Assembly: GCA_963845145.1 (NCBI GenBank)
Contig: CAWJQU010000013.1
Location: 155,980 to 219,979 of the forward strand
DNA: 64,000 nucleotides
Source of the DNA: an uncultured delta proteobacterium
GTDB lineage: Bacteria > Desulfobacterota > Desulfobacteria > Desulfobacterales > QNYZ01
Reading direction: 5' to 3'
Below, one piece after another: positions 1 through 11,379 of this stretch; positions within the stretch are counted from its first letter, which is position 1; every line of letters starts with the position of its first letter. The notes under the pieces were generated by a model. The model searched no databases. It had not been told where the DNA came from and worked only from the letters and a program-made list of their open reading frames with translations. Position numbers and translations under genes: made by a program.

Positions 1-497
1 TCGAGCTCTTTATAAAGGTCCATGGCGATATCTTTGTCGGTGCGTCCCTCGGTTTTAATCCCGATTGACTCGGCAACTGAGTAGAGCTTAAGCGGGTCTT
101 TGATCTTGTAGTCGGTAATTTTCCCATTAACGACATCTCTGAAAAGGTCCACCATCACCATTCCGTGATCCGTATGGGCGGCCGAACCAGTGGCCACCAT
201 ACGAGCAAAATTTCGCGACATAATGGTATCAATCGTCGCCCCGCATACACCCACCTTGCCATAAGGATCTTTAGCATTTAAGCGGCAAGGGCCCATAGAG
301 CAATGCTTACAACAAGCTGAATCCGCACCAATAGGGCAGGCTTTCATAGAGGCCGCGCGGTCAAAGGCCGTTTCGACCCCATCCCGCCTGGCCTTGGCCA
401 GCATCTGGGCGGTGGCGTCACAACTGGTCCAGTCACTGATATTTGGTTGCGGTTTATCTTTTTTACGAATTGGGTTTTCAGCTATTTTATCAGCCAT
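1..497 (-). CDS. cooS: Anaerobic carbon-monoxide dehydrogenase catalytic subunit, 5' part (runs off window start)
   Basis: Not in the ORF track. Manual translation from ATG at 497 gives MADKIAEKP...VETAFDRAASMKACPIGADSACCKHCSMGPCRL...GVCGATIDTIMSRNFARMVATGSAAHTDHG, the CooS/AcsA N-terminal Cys motifs. AAGGAG RBS upstream. Confidence 0.92.
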   Translation of the reverse strand, partial: MADKIAENPIRKKDKPQPNISDWTSCDATAQMLAKARRDGVETAFDRAASMKACPIGADSACCKHCSMGPCRLNAKDPYGKVGVCGATIDTIMSRNFARMVATGSAAHTDHGMVMVDLFRDVVNGKITDYKIKDPLKLYSVAESIGIKTEGRTDKDIAMDLYKEL

Positions 498-668
498 GTT
501 ACATCTCCTTGATTGTGTAATAGATAATAGTAACGATTCCTAATATTGATTATTAATACAGGTTTGAAATGTGGGTTGTCAAGGAAAAAACACAGGAAAA
601 AACATGCTGAAGCTGTTTTGGTGGTATTGTGCAGATAATGCAGGTTACTGACGCAGGCCGGAAGCCCA

Positions 669-709
669 TTGACAGCCCGGATTTTGTACGTTACGCAAAC
701 GGCTGTCAA
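669..709. promoter_or_regulatory. Inverted repeat TTGACAGCC...GGCTGTCAA in the divergent cooS / MBL-hydrolase intergenic region
   Basis: 9-bp perfect arms, each containing a TTGACA -35-like hexamer pointing in opposite directions. Confidence 0.4.
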
Positions 710-739
710 ACGATATGGTTATAAATCCCCCGGGAAAAA

Positions 740-1663
740 ATGATGCCGGTTGAAATTGCCCAAGACCTTTATTTTATTGAACGTGGTTATCTCAATGCGA
801 ACCATTTTGTCTATCGGTCCGAAAAACCGGTCCTCATCGATACGGGGTATCTCGCCGATTTTGATCAAACCGTTGCGCTGATCGAGCAACTGGGTGTCCA
901 TCTTCCGGATGTCGCCCTAATTGTCGGCACCCATTGCCATTGCGATCATATCGGCGGGCACAAAAAGATTCAGGATCTATCCGGATGCGATATTGCGCTT
1001 CATAAGATCGGAAAATATTCCATCGACACCCGAAACGACTGGGCCACCTGGCGGCGGTATTTCAATCAGGAAGCGGATTTTTTTGACTGCACCGTCGAAT
1101 TAAACGATGGGGATGTTCTTTCGGTCGGGCCTCACGAATTTACGGTTATCCATACCCCGGGCCACGCGGCGGAGGGAATTGTCCTTTACAATCGCAAACA
1201 AAAACTACTGATTTCGGCTGATGCGCTCTGGCGCAATGATATGGCGTTGATAAACCTTCGTATTGAGGGCAGTGCCGCACCTTTTCAGATGCTGGAATCG
1301 CTGGATAAAATAGAGGCACTTGATGTTCGTGTGGTTTATCCCGGGCATGGCCCGCCTTTTACCGACGTGAAAAAAGCCCTGGATCAAACTGGAAAACGGC
1401 TCCAATACTTTTTAAATCATCGCGAGCAGATGGGGCTTGATCTGATAAAAAAGATTATCGTTTTTACAGTGATGATGCAGAAATCCATTGCTGAAGCGTC
1501 GTTCTTTGATAGCCTTATGCAAACCCACTGGTATAAGGAGACGGTTGAACTTTTTTGCGACGGTGAATACCGGCCCATCTATGAAACCATCATGGCGGAT
1601 TTTATAAAGCGCGGTATTGTAAACTTACGAAACGGGCGTTTATCCACGACGGTTAAACCTTAG
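740..1663 (+). CDS. MBL-fold metallo-hydrolase
   Basis: THCHCDHIGG (HxHxDH), HTPGH and PGHG motifs. Confidence 0.9.
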   Translation: MMPVEIAQDLYFIERGYLNANHFVYRSEKPVLIDTGYLADFDQTVALIEQLGVHLPDVALIVGTHCHCDHIGGHKKIQDLSGCDIALHKIGKYSIDTRNDWATWRRYFNQEADFFDCTVELNDGDVLSVGPHEFTVIHTPGHAAEGIVLYNRKQKLLISADALWRNDMALINLRIEGSAAPFQMLESLDKIEALDVRVVYPGHGPPFTDVKKALDQTGKRLQYFLNHREQMGLDLIKKIIVFTVMMQKSIAEASFFDSLMQTHWYKETVELFCDGEYRPIYETIMADFIKRGIVNLRNGRLSTTVKP

Positions 1664-1688
1664 GCGTTTGAAAACAGAGGAGGCGGCA

Positions 1689-1964
1689 ATGAGCGATATT
1701 AAGGTGACACAAAAACCTAGCCGGGGACAATTAGAGGCAAAAGGCGTTTTCGATTGGCCGATTTGGGAAAAAGAGGCATCCGAATTTCCCTGGACCTATG
1801 ATGAGACCGAAACCTGCTATTTCTTAAAGGGTGATGTGGTGGTAACACCGGATGGTGGCGAACCCGTTCATGTCGGCGAAGGGGACCTGGTCACCTTTCC
1901 TAACGGCATGTCCTGTAAATGGGACATCCGTCAAGGGGTCAAAAAACACTATCGGTTTGGGTAA
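1689..1964 (+). CDS. Cupin domain protein (DUF861/EutQ-like)
   Basis: WPIWEKE..FPWTYDETETCYFL.G...GDLVTFP.GM.C.W pattern; GGAGG RBS before ATG 1689. Confidence 0.85.
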   Translation: MSDIKVTQKPSRGQLEAKGVFDWPIWEKEASEFPWTYDETETCYFLKGDVVVTPDGGEPVHVGEGDLVTFPNGMSCKWDIRQGVKKHYRFG

Positions 1965-2147
1965 TGGGTTAAAGTTGGGTAGTTTCAACTTTTGGTAGCT
2001 ACTTTTTGTTCGCCACGGCTTTTAATTTATAATAACGCTTAACATACATTTGTTTTTCCATCGATAATGCAGTATAATCATACTTTCTATTGAATTTTAC
2101 TGATTGCCCCCGAGAGCGCACCATAAAGGCTTATCTGATTGATCAAT

Positions 2148-3245
2148 ATGAAACCCTGGATCGTTCGCAAACCCACTCGCCGCATTCGCGTCGGCCCGGT
2201 GCCCATCGGCGGCGGTGCGCCCATTGCCGTCCAGTCCATGACCAATACCCGCACGGACGATGTAGCGGCAACGGTTCGCCAAATTGAGCAGTTAAGCGCC
2301 GCCGGATGCGAGATCATTCGTGTGGCTGTGCCGGATCAAGCGGCGGCGGCGGCCGTGGCCGACATTAAAAGTCAAATCAAGATTCCCCTCATTGCCGATA
2401 TCCATTTTGATTATCGATTGGCGATTGCTGCGACAGAAGCCGGGGCCGATGGCCTGCGGATCAACCCCGGAAATATCGGCTCGGCTAAAAAAGTTCGCGC
2501 CGTTGTCGATTGCGCGCAGGCGAACGGAATTTCCATTCGCATCGGTGTTAATTCAGGATCTTTGGAAAAAGATATCGTTGCCCAATATGGCGGCGTCACG
2601 CCGCAATCCATGGTGGCCAGCGCTATGCGGCATGTTGAATTGCTGGAATCGTTTAATTATCATGATATCAAGATATCGCTGAAGGCTTCGGATGTCTACC
2701 GTACGGTGAGTGCTTATCGGTTGCTTAGCGGTCAAACCGATTACCCCTTGCATGTCGGTGTCACCGAAGCCGGCGGGTTATTTCCCGGCGTGGTGAAATC
2801 TTCCCTGGGTATCGGCATGTTGCTGGCCGAAGGGATCGGCGATACGCTGCGGGTATCGTTGACGCGGGACCCGGTGGAAGAAGTGCGCGTGGGGTATGAG
2901 ATCCTAAGAGCGCTGGATATCCGTCACTATGGACCGGAAATCATTTCCTGCCCAACCTGTGGCCGGTGCAATATTGACCTGTTTGATATTGCGGCAAAGG
3001 TTGAAAAAGCCTTATTAACCCGATCCAGCCCTGTTAAGGTGGCCATCATGGGGTGTGTGGTCAATGGCCCGGGCGAGGCCAGGGAAGCCGATATCGGCAT
3101 TGCCGGCGGCGATGGCGTGGGTATCTTGTTTCGAAAAGGAGAGGTGATTGACAAGGTTCCCCAGGACAAACTCGTTGAAACCCTGTTGAAGGAAGTCGAT
3201 AAAATCGAAATTGAGAAATACCGAAAGGAGTCAAATGACCAATAA
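2148..3245 (+). CDS. ispG: (E)-4-hydroxy-3-methylbut-2-enyl-diphosphate synthase
   Basis: VQSMTNT, ADIHFDY, RINPGNIG, SCPTCGR, MGCVVNGPGEA motifs. Confidence 0.97.
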   Translation: MKPWIVRKPTRRIRVGPVPIGGGAPIAVQSMTNTRTDDVAATVRQIEQLSAAGCEIIRVAVPDQAAAAAVADIKSQIKIPLIADIHFDYRLAIAATEAGADGLRINPGNIGSAKKVRAVVDCAQANGISIRIGVNSGSLEKDIVAQYGGVTPQSMVASAMRHVELLESFNYHDIKISLKASDVYRTVSAYRLLSGQTDYPLHVGVTEAGGLFPGVVKSSLGIGMLLAEGIGDTLRVSLTRDPVEEVRVGYEILRALDIRHYGPEIISCPTCGRCNIDLFDIAAKVEKALLTRSSPVKVAIMGCVVNGPGEAREADIGIAGGDGVGILFRKGEVIDKVPQDKLVETLLKEVDKIEIEKYRKESNDQ

Positions 3246-4752
3246 ACCGAAAACGGCCATATCACCCACGCGGGCGGAAGACTACCCGGAGTGGTACCAG
3301 CAGGTGATCAAGGGCTCGGATATGGCTGAAAAATCGCCCGTTCGCGGGTGCATGGTAATAAAACCCTGGGGCTACGCCATTTGGGAAAACATCGTTCATG
3401 AAATGAATCGAATGTTTCGGGATACCGGGGTGAGAAACGCCTACTTCCCCCTATTCATCCCTTTGAGTTTTCTGGAAAAAGAGGCCGAACACGTTGAAGG
3501 GTTCGCCAAGGAGTGTGCCGTGGTGACGCATCATCGCCTGGAACAGCGGGGGGATGGGTTGGTTCCCGCTGGTGAATTGCAGGAACCCCTGGTTGTTCGG
3601 CCCACTTCGGAGACAATCATCGGGGATGCCTTTTCCAAATGGATTAAGAGCTACAGGGATTTGCCCTTGCTGATCAACCAGTGGGCCAACGTTGTGCGCT
3701 GGGAAATGCGAACGCGAATATTTTTGCGCACCAGTGAGTTTTTATGGCAGGAAGGGCATACGGCCCATGCCACCCAAGAAGAGGCCGTGGTTCGAACACG
3801 TCAGATGCTGGATGTTTATGCCGAGTTTGTGGAAGAATTTTTAGCCATACCCGTGATCAAGGGCGTTAAAACCGAAGCTGAAACATTTCCCGGCGCCGTT
3901 GAGACCCAATGTATCGAAGCCATGATGCAGGATCGTAAGGCCCTGCAGGCTGGGACTTCTCACTTTCTGGGCCAAAATTTCGCACGGGCCTCGGGTATCA
4001 AGTTTCAATCTCGGGAAGAGACGGAAGAATACGCCTGGACCACCTCTTGGGGGACGTCCACTAGATTGATTGGTGGCATGATCATGACCCACAGCGATGA
4101 TGACGGATTGGTGTTGCCCCCCAAAATTGCATCGGCCCATGTGGTTCTTTTACCCATCTTCCGTAAACCTGATGATCAGGCGGCCGTGATGGCGTACACG
4201 GAAAAACTGGCGATTCGATTGCGTGAGCTGCGGTACCACGATCGTCGCTTGGAAGTGGAAATAGACGATCGTGAGATCGGTGGTGCCCGGGGGTGGGAGT
4301 GGGTTAAAAAGGGAATTCCCCTTAGGGTTGAAATTGGTCCGCGGGACATCGCCCAGGATTCGGTTTTTGTGGCTCGAAGGGACCAGCCGGGGAATAAGAA
4401 GGAATCAATCCCCACGGATCGGTTTGTCGACACCGTCACCGATCTTCTCGATGATATTCAGGGGCGGTTGTTCCAAAAAGCGCTTGAATTCAGGGAGGCG
4501 CACACGAAAACCATCAGTGACGCCGGTGAATTTTATGCCTATTTTACGCCCCAAAACAATAAAAGGCCGGAAATTCATGGCGGTTTTGTCCTGGCGCCAT
4601 GGTGCGGCGCGTCCGAATGCGAAAGCCGCATAAAGGCAGATCTCAGTGTGACGATTCGATGTATCCCTTTTGATAGACAACCTGTCAGCGGTCCGTGCAT
4701 TCATTGCGGCGCACCCGCCGACCACCAGGTTATTTTCGCAAAGGCCTATTAG
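3235..4752 (+). CDS. proS: Proline--tRNA ligase (archaeal/eukaryotic-type, no INS editing domain)
   Basis: RPTSET, QWANVVRWE, FLRTSEFLWQEGHT, ALQAGTSHFLGQNF, C-terminal AKAY. Confidence 0.95.
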   Translation: MTNKPKTAISPTRAEDYPEWYQQVIKGSDMAEKSPVRGCMVIKPWGYAIWENIVHEMNRMFRDTGVRNAYFPLFIPLSFLEKEAEHVEGFAKECAVVTHHRLEQRGDGLVPAGELQEPLVVRPTSETIIGDAFSKWIKSYRDLPLLINQWANVVRWEMRTRIFLRTSEFLWQEGHTAHATQEEAVVRTRQMLDVYAEFVEEFLAIPVIKGVKTEAETFPGAVETQCIEAMMQDRKALQAGTSHFLGQNFARASGIKFQSREETEEYAWTTSWGTSTRLIGGMIMTHSDDDGLVLPPKIASAHVVLLPIFRKPDDQAAVMAYTEKLAIRLRELRYHDRRLEVEIDDREIGGARGWEWVKKGIPLRVEIGPRDIAQDSVFVARRDQPGNKKESIPTDRFVDTVTDLLDDIQGRLFQKALEFREAHTKTISDAGEFYAYFTPQNNKRPEIHGGFVLAPWCGASECESRIKADLSVTIRCIPFDRQPVSGPCIHCGAPADHQVIFAKAY

Positions 4753-4754
4753 GT

Positions 4755-6902
4755 ATGATTCGGATCAACGATATCATTGATAAAATTACAACGTATATCC
4801 CCGAATCCGATCTGAGCTTGATCGATCAGGCCTATGTATATTCCGCGCAGGTACATGCCGGCCAGGTCCGCTTATCCGGAGAACCTTATCTCTCCCATCC
4901 CCTTGAAGTGGCCAATATTTTGGCGGATATGAAGCTGGACGCAACCAGCATTGCGGCGGGCTTGCTTCACGACGTGGTTGAAGATACCCATGCCACCGAA
5001 GAAGAGATTCTCGAATCATTCGGCCCGCAGGTCAATCGTATCGTCATGGGGGTTACCAAATTAAGCAAATTACCGGTCTCCGGTGCCAAGGCCCGGCAGG
5101 CTGAGAATATTCGAAAAATGTTGTTGGCCATGGCTGATGATATTCGTGTGATTCTCATCAAACTGGCTGACCGGCTTCACAACATGCGTACCCTGAAATT
5201 TCATAAAAAGGCATCCAAGCAACGAGATATTTCACAGGAAACCCTGGATATCTACGCGCCCCTGGCCGCCCGTCTGGGTATTTATTGGATTAAGAACGAA
5301 CTCGAAAACCGAGCCTTTTTTTACACCGAACCGGACGTTTACAATGAAATTGAAACCCGTGTAAACAAAGAGCGGGAAGAGCGGGAAGAGTTTACGGAAA
5401 CGGTAAAAAATCTGCTATATGAAAAGATGAAGAGCAGCGGATTGAAATGCGACGTACTGGGTCGATTCAAACATTTTTACAGCATCCACCAAAAAATGCA
5501 GACCCAGGATTTACCCTTCGAAGAGATTTACGATATATTTGCTTTTAGAATAATTCTCGATGCCATTCCCCAGTGTTATGAAGCATTGGGAATCATCCAC
5601 TCCCTATGGAAGCCCATTGATGCAAAGTTCAAGGATTATATCGGCCGGCCCAAGTCGAATATGTACCAATCCTTGCACACTACGGTCATTGGCCCGGCGG
5701 GAGAGCGCATCGAAATCCAGATTCGTACCCGGGATATGGATCAAGTGGCCAAATCCGGAATTGCCGCTCACTGGCGCTATAAAGAGAACAACCCGATCAA
5801 TGTCGAAGAGAGCCAAACCTATTCCTGGATCCAGGATCTGGTGGAAAACCAGGAAAATATAAAGAATCCCAACGAATTTTTAGAAAATGTCCGTATGGAC
5901 CTGTTTCCGGATGAGGTCTACATATTCACGCCCAATGGTGAGGTCAAGTCCTTTCCCAAAGGCGCCACACCCATTGATTTTGCCTATAAAATTCATACCG
6001 AGGTGGGCCATCAATGTGTGGGGGCTAAGGTAAATAGCCGCATGGTCCCATTAAAGTATGAACTTCAAACCGGTGATATTGTCGAGGTAGTGACCACCAA
6101 GGGGAATCATCCAAGTAAAGACTGGTTGAGTTTTGTAAAAACGGTCAAAGCCCGCTCCAAGATCAGACAATGGATCAAGGAGCAGGAAAAACAGCGCAGT
6201 ATCACCCTGGGCCGGGAAATGTGCGAAAAGGCGTTTCGCAAGCATAAGATGAATTTCAATGCGCTCTCCAAATCCGACGACATGGAGAAAGTCGTCGCCC
6301 ATTTCGCCTTTAAAACCTTAGACGACCTGATGGCCAGCGTCGGTTACGGCAAAACCACGCCGCTTCAAATCATTCGGCGGATGACGCCCAAGGGCGGGGG
6401 TAAGGATCAATCGGATCAATCCCTGATGGAAAAGCTGATCGGGCGGGTTCGCAAAAAGAAGCCGACGACCGGTGTGCGGGTGAGGGGATTAGACGATATT
6501 CTAATTCGCTTCGGTAAATGTTGCCGTCCGGTACCCGGGGACCCTATCATCGGTTATATCACTCAGGGGCAGGGCGTTACTGTTCATCGTACCACTTGCA
6601 CCAATGCGCTGAAAACAAACCCAGAACGACAGATCGAGGTGGAGTGGGATTTGGAAGCCACCGCGACCTATCCGGTTAAGGTTCGCATCCGCTCATTGGA
6701 TCGCATGGGGCTATTGGCCGATGTGGCCGGTTTTATCAGTAAAATCGGCGCGAATATCATTAGCGCCAATACCGTTACCCACGAGGACAACACCGTGGAT
6801 ACCTACTTTACCCTATCTGTTAACGATACATCCCATCTTGCTCAAATCTTGACCGGGATTAAAAAAATCCAGTATGTCCAGGATGTAAAAAGAATCGGTT
6901 AA
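4755..6902 (+). CDS. rel: Bifunctional (p)ppGpp synthetase/hydrolase (Rel/SpoT)
   Basis: HD motif (LLHDVVEDT), [27 protein letters not shown] and ACT domains. Confidence 0.95.
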   Translation: MIRINDIIDKITTYIPESDLSLIDQAYVYSAQVHAGQVRLSGEPYLSHPLEVANILADMKLDATSIAAGLLHDVVEDTHATEEEILESFGPQVNRIVMGVTKLSKLPVSGAKARQAENIRKMLLAMADDIRVILIKLADRLHNMRTLKFHKKASKQRDISQETLDIYAPLAARLGIYWIKNELENRAFFYTEPDVYNEIETRVNKEREEREEFTETVKNLLYEKMKSSGLKCDVLGRFKHFYSIHQKMQTQDLPFEEIYDIFAFRIILDAIPQCYEALGIIHSLWKPIDAKFKDYIGRPKSNMYQSLHTTVIGPAGERIEIQIRTRDMDQVAKSGIAAHWRYKENNPINVEESQTYSWIQDLVENQENIKNPNEFLENVRMDLFPDEVYIFTPNGEVKSFPKGATPIDFAYKIHTEVGHQCVGAKVNSRMVPLKYELQTGDIVEVVTTKGNHPSKDWLSFVKTVKARSKIRQWIKEQEKQRSITLGREMCEKAFRKHKMNFNALSKSDDMEKVVAHFAFKTLDDLMASVGYGKTTPLQIIRRMTPKGGGKDQSDQSLMEKLIGRVRKKKPTTGVRVRGLDDILIRFGKCCRPVPGDPIIGYITQGQGVTVHRTTCTNALKTNPERQIEVEWDLEATATYPVKVRIRSLDRMGLLADVAGFISKIGANIISANTVTHEDNTVDTYFTLSVNDTSHLAQILTGIKKIQYVQDVKRIG

Positions 6903-7093
6903 GCGGCTTTGACGACCCGTCCCGATTTGATACAATTGGTGCAGGCCATGATTTTTTTTACCTGACCGGATTTTGACGCCGCCCGTACCCGCTGAAGGTT
7001 CGGATTAAATCGGCGCTTGGTCACGTTATGGGCGTGGCTCACATTGTTGCCGGTCATCGGTTTTTTTCCGCAAATTTCACATACTTTCGACAT
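6899..7093 (-). CDS. rpmB: 50S ribosomal protein L28
   Basis: [31 protein letters not shown]. Confidence 0.97.
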   Translation of the reverse strand: MSKVCEICGKKPMTGNNVSHAHNVTKRRFNPNLQRVRAASKSGQVKKIMACTNCIKSGRVVKAA

Positions 7094-7145
7094 GATGTTG
7101 CTCCTTTATGAAAAATATTTTTTTTATGGTTGATTTTTGTTTGAA

Positions 7146-7817
7146 CTATTTTTTACCGGTGTCATTTTCCAGTGCCGCCCGGCAGCGATCAATATATTGT
7201 TGGGCCTCTTCGTCAAAACCGGAATTGGGATAATCGGTTAAAACGCGCTGAAATCGGCCTAAAGCACCTTGATACCGTTTGGCCTTGAAGTAATGTTTGC
7301 CCACATACATTTCATGCCCGGCCAGGGAATTTCTACATTCGTCAATATGTTTTTGCGCCTTGTCGGCGTAGGGGCTATCCGGGTACTGACTCACCAACTG
7401 TAAAAAGGTTTCCTGCGCCTGCCGTACCACGGCTTGATCCCGGTCAACGGAATCCATGCGGTCAAAGTAGCAGCGGCCCGTCTGGTAAATCACATACGGT
7501 ATCGCCTCATTTTGCGGGTGCAGAGATTGAAATTCCTGGTAAGCGAAGATCGCTTCTTCGTATTCCTTCAAATAGTAATGAGCGTCGGCGATTTTCAGCT
7601 CGGCCAGGCTATTAAACCGGCTAAACGGATACCCGTCTTTTAGTTTCTGGAACGTTTCAAGCGCCCGTCGGTATTTTCCACGATCATAAAGGTCCATACC
7701 GGTGCCTGCCAACGCTTCAGCCGTCGGTTCTTCCTTGGCCTCAAACCAGGCGCACCCCAACGGCATGGTTAGGTAAATCGCGATAATAAAAACAAATATG
7801 TGGTTTCGGTGGCGCAT
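7146..7817 (-). CDS. bamD: Outer membrane protein assembly factor BamD (TPR lipoprotein)
   Basis: Lipobox-like LGC, TPR helices, DRDQ motif, LAGHEMYVGKHY. Confidence 0.9.
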   Translation of the reverse strand: MRHRNHIFVFIIAIYLTMPLGCAWFEAKEEPTAEALAGTGMDLYDRGKYRRALETFQKLKDGYPFSRFNSLAELKIADAHYYLKEYEEAIFAYQEFQSLHPQNEAIPYVIYQTGRCYFDRMDSVDRDQAVVRQAQETFLQLVSQYPDSPYADKAQKHIDECRNSLAGHEMYVGKHYFKAKRYQGALGRFQRVLTDYPNSGFDEEAQQYIDRCRAALENDTGKK

Positions 7818-7966
7818 ATTAAAAACGATTAATAATAAAATCGGGCCCTATTTTATTGATGCATAAACAGAGCCCGGGGATAATGGTGCGAATAAAATGG
7901 GTTGTGACGGTCACCTTATAGTCTTTAAATAGATTGTATTGAAAAAGGACCGATCACCCCTTTTTA

Positions 7967-8293
7967 TCAGACAATTTTATCGATGATCTCTTCCAGCTTG
8001 GATTTGGCCACGATACCAACCACCTGATCGGCCACTTTACCATCTTTGAAAAAAATCAGGGTTGGAATCGATTTAATCCCGAATTTACTCGGTGACACCG
8101 GATTATCATCCACATTGCATTTTTTAAATTCGACTTTACCGGCGTAACTGTCGGCCAATTCTTCGATCATGGGGCCAATGGCCCGGCACGGGCCACACCA
8201 AGGCGCCCAAAAGTCAACCAGTACAGGGGTTTTCTGATTTTCGATTGCCTCATCGAAATTGTCATCATTGATTTCAGCGATATTCGCTGCCAT
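7967..8293 (-). CDS. trxA: Thioredoxin
   Basis: DFWAPWCGPC active site. Confidence 0.97.
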   Translation of the reverse strand: MAANIAEINDDNFDEAIENQKTPVLVDFWAPWCGPCRAIGPMIEELADSYAGKVEFKKCNVDDNPVSPSKFGIKSIPTLIFFKDGKVADQVVGIVAKSKLEEIIDKIV

Positions 8294-8558
8294 AATAGCC
8301 CGATCCTTTCCGTGTCATTAATTACCGATTGGGTAATTAATGCATTAACACCGTTGAAAATTCACGTTTTTTAAATAAATTAAGCTCAAAAACATATAGT
8401 GTTTTTTATCTATTTGTCAACTGCAATGTGGATGATTCAATGGTTTATCCACCACGGGCGGGGGGCTTCACCCGAGAGGTAAAATTCGCCAATCGTCTTT
8501 TAGGGGATTGACGTTTTACGATCATATAAAATGGCAACGAAGAAACAAGGAGGAAACG

Positions 8559-9356
8559 GTGAGCAACCCATTACGTATTGGTGCATTGATTTCTGGGGGT
8601 GGTTCAAATCTCAAAGCCATTATTGAATCCTGCTTCGATGGCCGAATAACCGGAAAAGTCGTTTTTGTTGGATCGGACAACCCAAATGCCACCGGATTTA
8701 AGTGGGCCAAGGCGAAAAATATTCCGACATTTGACGTCGATTATGGTCGGATTATTCGACAATATCGGAAAAATCCGGCCACCTTAACTTTGCCGGAGGA
8801 CTGTGATATTAATATGCTCATTAACAGGCAGCGCATTCTATCGCCTGAGGGGGCCTCGGAAAAGCTAAAAACCTTTTTTACGACCCGTTTGGTGGCCGAG
8901 GGTCGGATGCTGGCTAAAATATCCGCCTACCCCTTTGATCTGCTGGTGTTGGCTGGATTTATGCGGAATCTGACCCCTTATTTTATAGACGCTATCAATC
9001 ACGATCCCTTAAAGCCCCGAATTATGAATATACACCCATCCCTTCTGCCTGCGTTTGGCGGTGTGGACGGCTACGGCGATACCTTCCGTTATGGATGCAA
9101 GGTGGGCGGATGCACGGTCCATTTTGTTGATTATGGTGAAGATTCCGGGCCGATTATTGCCCAAAAGGCGTTTGCGATCGACCCCAAGGAGACGCTGGAT
9201 GACATCCGCCGGCGGGGGCTTGCGCTGGAATGGGAACTCTATCCCCAATGCATTCAGCTTTTTGCAGAAAACCGGTTAAAAATAGAGACATTGACCCATA
9301 TTTTACCAGGGGGGCGCGAATATACCCGAACCATCGTTCGAATTTGGCCTTCTTAA
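8559..9356 (+). CDS. purN: Phosphoribosylglycinamide formyltransferase (with an internal insertion)
   Basis: ISGGGSNL, VLAGFMR, NIHPSLLPAF, GCTVHFVD...DSGPIIAQ; GTG start after AAGGAGG. Confidence 0.9.
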   Translation: MSNPLRIGALISGGGSNLKAIIESCFDGRITGKVVFVGSDNPNATGFKWAKAKNIPTFDVDYGRIIRQYRKNPATLTLPEDCDINMLINRQRILSPEGASEKLKTFFTTRLVAEGRMLAKISAYPFDLLVLAGFMRNLTPYFIDAINHDPLKPRIMNIHPSLLPAFGGVDGYGDTFRYGCKVGGCTVHFVDYGEDSGPIIAQKAFAIDPKETLDDIRRRGLALEWELYPQCIQLFAENRLKIETLTHILPGGREYTRTIVRIWPS

Positions 9357-9405
9357 TGGCACGGTCCAAACGATTGATCGAAAAGAAATACAGTGGACGT
9401 TTTTT

Positions 9406-11379
9406 ATGTATCTGAAAAATAACGTGAACCATAAAAACATGCTGATTATCTGGCATTATCTGAAAGACTTTGGCTTAAAAAAAGGGTTGCCGGAAAAAGA
9501 TGTCAATATTTTCGAACAATTATCTCTCAGTTATCCGGACGAATATAAAAACGCCCTGCAATATTACACGGACCACACCCAATGGAGCCCTCATGATATC
9601 TATGTAAAATGCTATCTAAAAGCAAAAGAAATTGTCGGCGAGCCCCACTTTTTTAGAAGTTGCGGCAGGACTGTGATTAAGTTTAACTCGGTAAAGTCTT
9701 TGAAAGACATAGCCTTGGTCTTCTCGGGTCCCGGGGAGGCCTATAAGAGTTTTCCGATCCTATTAAATAATTGGAATGACACAAAGGAAGGCGAAATCCT
9801 TTTACAATCTCGATTTGACAAATCGAGCAAAAAAACCAGGACCGTCATTAAATATGAGATTCACCCGCATATACCCTATGAAAATGACTTTTGCAGCGGG
9901 TATCATATTCAGGGTATTTTAGAGTCTATTCCCACTATATGGCCACGACGGCTATGGCAACCCTGGAACAAACTACCCATGGCGTCGGTTAAGCAGGTTA
10001 TGGTTCAATATGATCCTGTTAAGCTATTTAATAGCATTTATTTCAAGATATTTAATTTGAAAGCCTCCATGGACGGTGAATGGTTGTCTATAATTGATCC
10101 AATCACTAAGAAAAGAATCGATATCGGTCGGAGGGTTTTTTTAGTAAAATCTAAAATTAATAATTCAGAGGAGTATATCGGCGAATATAGTTATTTAGAC
10201 GCAGACGGCGACGGTCAGACGGGTATTTTGATTACCAGAACCGTTGAGGTTGGCGGTGAAATAGCCTGTGAAAAGAATGCTATCTTTAAGGCCCCGTACT
10301 TCATTTTGGAAATCCAAAATGAAGAATTGCCCATAATCAGACGCATATTGAGGTTTAGGAATCGTCATAAATTAAACCAATTTGCGCTTAATGAGGTTTC
10401 GGAAAACATCGGTATTCTTAGAAAGGAAATAAGTAAAAAAGAGCAGGCAAATGAAAGCCTTCTGTTTTTCAAAAAACAATTGGAAAGAACGATATCGGAG
10501 AAAAAACACGAGTTGAAAGCGACGCAACAAAAAATTATTGAGGAAGAAAAAGCCTTGTTCGAAAATCAAATCTCGGGTGGTTTTGTGCATGAAGTGCGAA
10601 ATGGTTTGGTTGGGTCGCAATTGGCCATCAGCAGCCTTTCTGACTACGATGGTTCCGGTAGGAATGTCAAACAAGTACTCGACGAAACGTTAGACCGCAT
10701 TGTAAATGCTAAAGGTTTAAACGAAAGAATAAAATCAGATGTAAGGCTCTTAAAAAAAATTGTTTTAGATGCCAACGTCGTTTTATTGGAAACCGAAACG
10801 GCCATTGAGAGCGTTTTGTCACTGACACGAAAAATACGATTTTATACAAATGCTGCCGATTCAAAGACCGGAGATGAGCGTGTAAGTATCGGAGAAATTC
10901 TTAATATCATTTCCATACGGCAAAAGCGCATATTAAAAAAATTTAATATTGAATTAAATATTAAGGGACCTGAAATCTTTGTTTTGGCGGACCAGGGCGT
11001 TTTTATTTCAATATTTGAAAACATTGTTTTTAATGCGATAGATGCGATATCAGAGAAAATGTCTGAAGGTGGAATAATCAATATTGAAACATGGTTAGAC
11101 AGTGAAGTCGTTGTTTTGATAAGAGACAATGGCATGGGAATACAAAAAGAGTATTTAAATAAAATTTTCGATCCGTTTTTTACGGAAAAGACTCATGGCA
11201 GTGGCCTTGGGCTTTCGATAGTTAAACGATTTGTCGACCTATACGATGGTAAAATAAGCGTAAAATCCGATTTTGGAATTGGAACGGAAATGACGGTAAG
11301 GTTTAATAAGTCTATTCTGTGGAGTGATGGAGAAGGAGAAAAGAATGAGCAGGCAATTACCGATCCTGGTTGTGGATGA
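9406..11379 (+). CDS. Soluble sensor histidine kinase with uncharacterised N-terminal domain
   Basis: H-box GFVHEVRN, N-box NIVFNAIDA, G1 DNGMGI, F-box IFDPFFT, G2 GSGLGL; no hydrophobic TM segment visible; AT-rich. Confidence 0.9.
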   Translation: MYLKNNVNHKNMLIIWHYLKDFGLKKGLPEKDVNIFEQLSLSYPDEYKNALQYYTDHTQWSPHDIYVKCYLKAKEIVGEPHFFRSCGRTVIKFNSVKSLKDIALVFSGPGEAYKSFPILLNNWNDTKEGEILLQSRFDKSSKKTRTVIKYEIHPHIPYENDFCSGYHIQGILESIPTIWPRRLWQPWNKLPMASVKQVMVQYDPVKLFNSIYFKIFNLKASMDGEWLSIIDPITKKRIDIGRRVFLVKSKINNSEEYIGEYSYLDADGDGQTGILITRTVEVGGEIACEKNAIFKAPYFILEIQNEELPIIRRILRFRNRHKLNQFALNEVSENIGILRKEISKKEQANESLLFFKKQLERTISEKKHELKATQQKIIEEEKALFENQISGGFVHEVRNGLVGSQLAISSLSDYDGSGRNVKQVLDETLDRIVNAKGLNERIKSDVRLLKKIVLDANVVLLETETAIESVLSLTRKIRFYTNAADSKTGDERVSIGEILNIISIRQKRILKKFNIELNIKGPEIFVLADQGVFISIFENIVFNAIDAISEKMSEGGIINIETWLDSEVVVLIRDNGMGIQKEYLNKIFDPFFTEKTHGSGLGLSIVKRFVDLYDGKISVKSDFGIGTEMTVRFNKSILWSDGEGEKNEQAITDPGCG

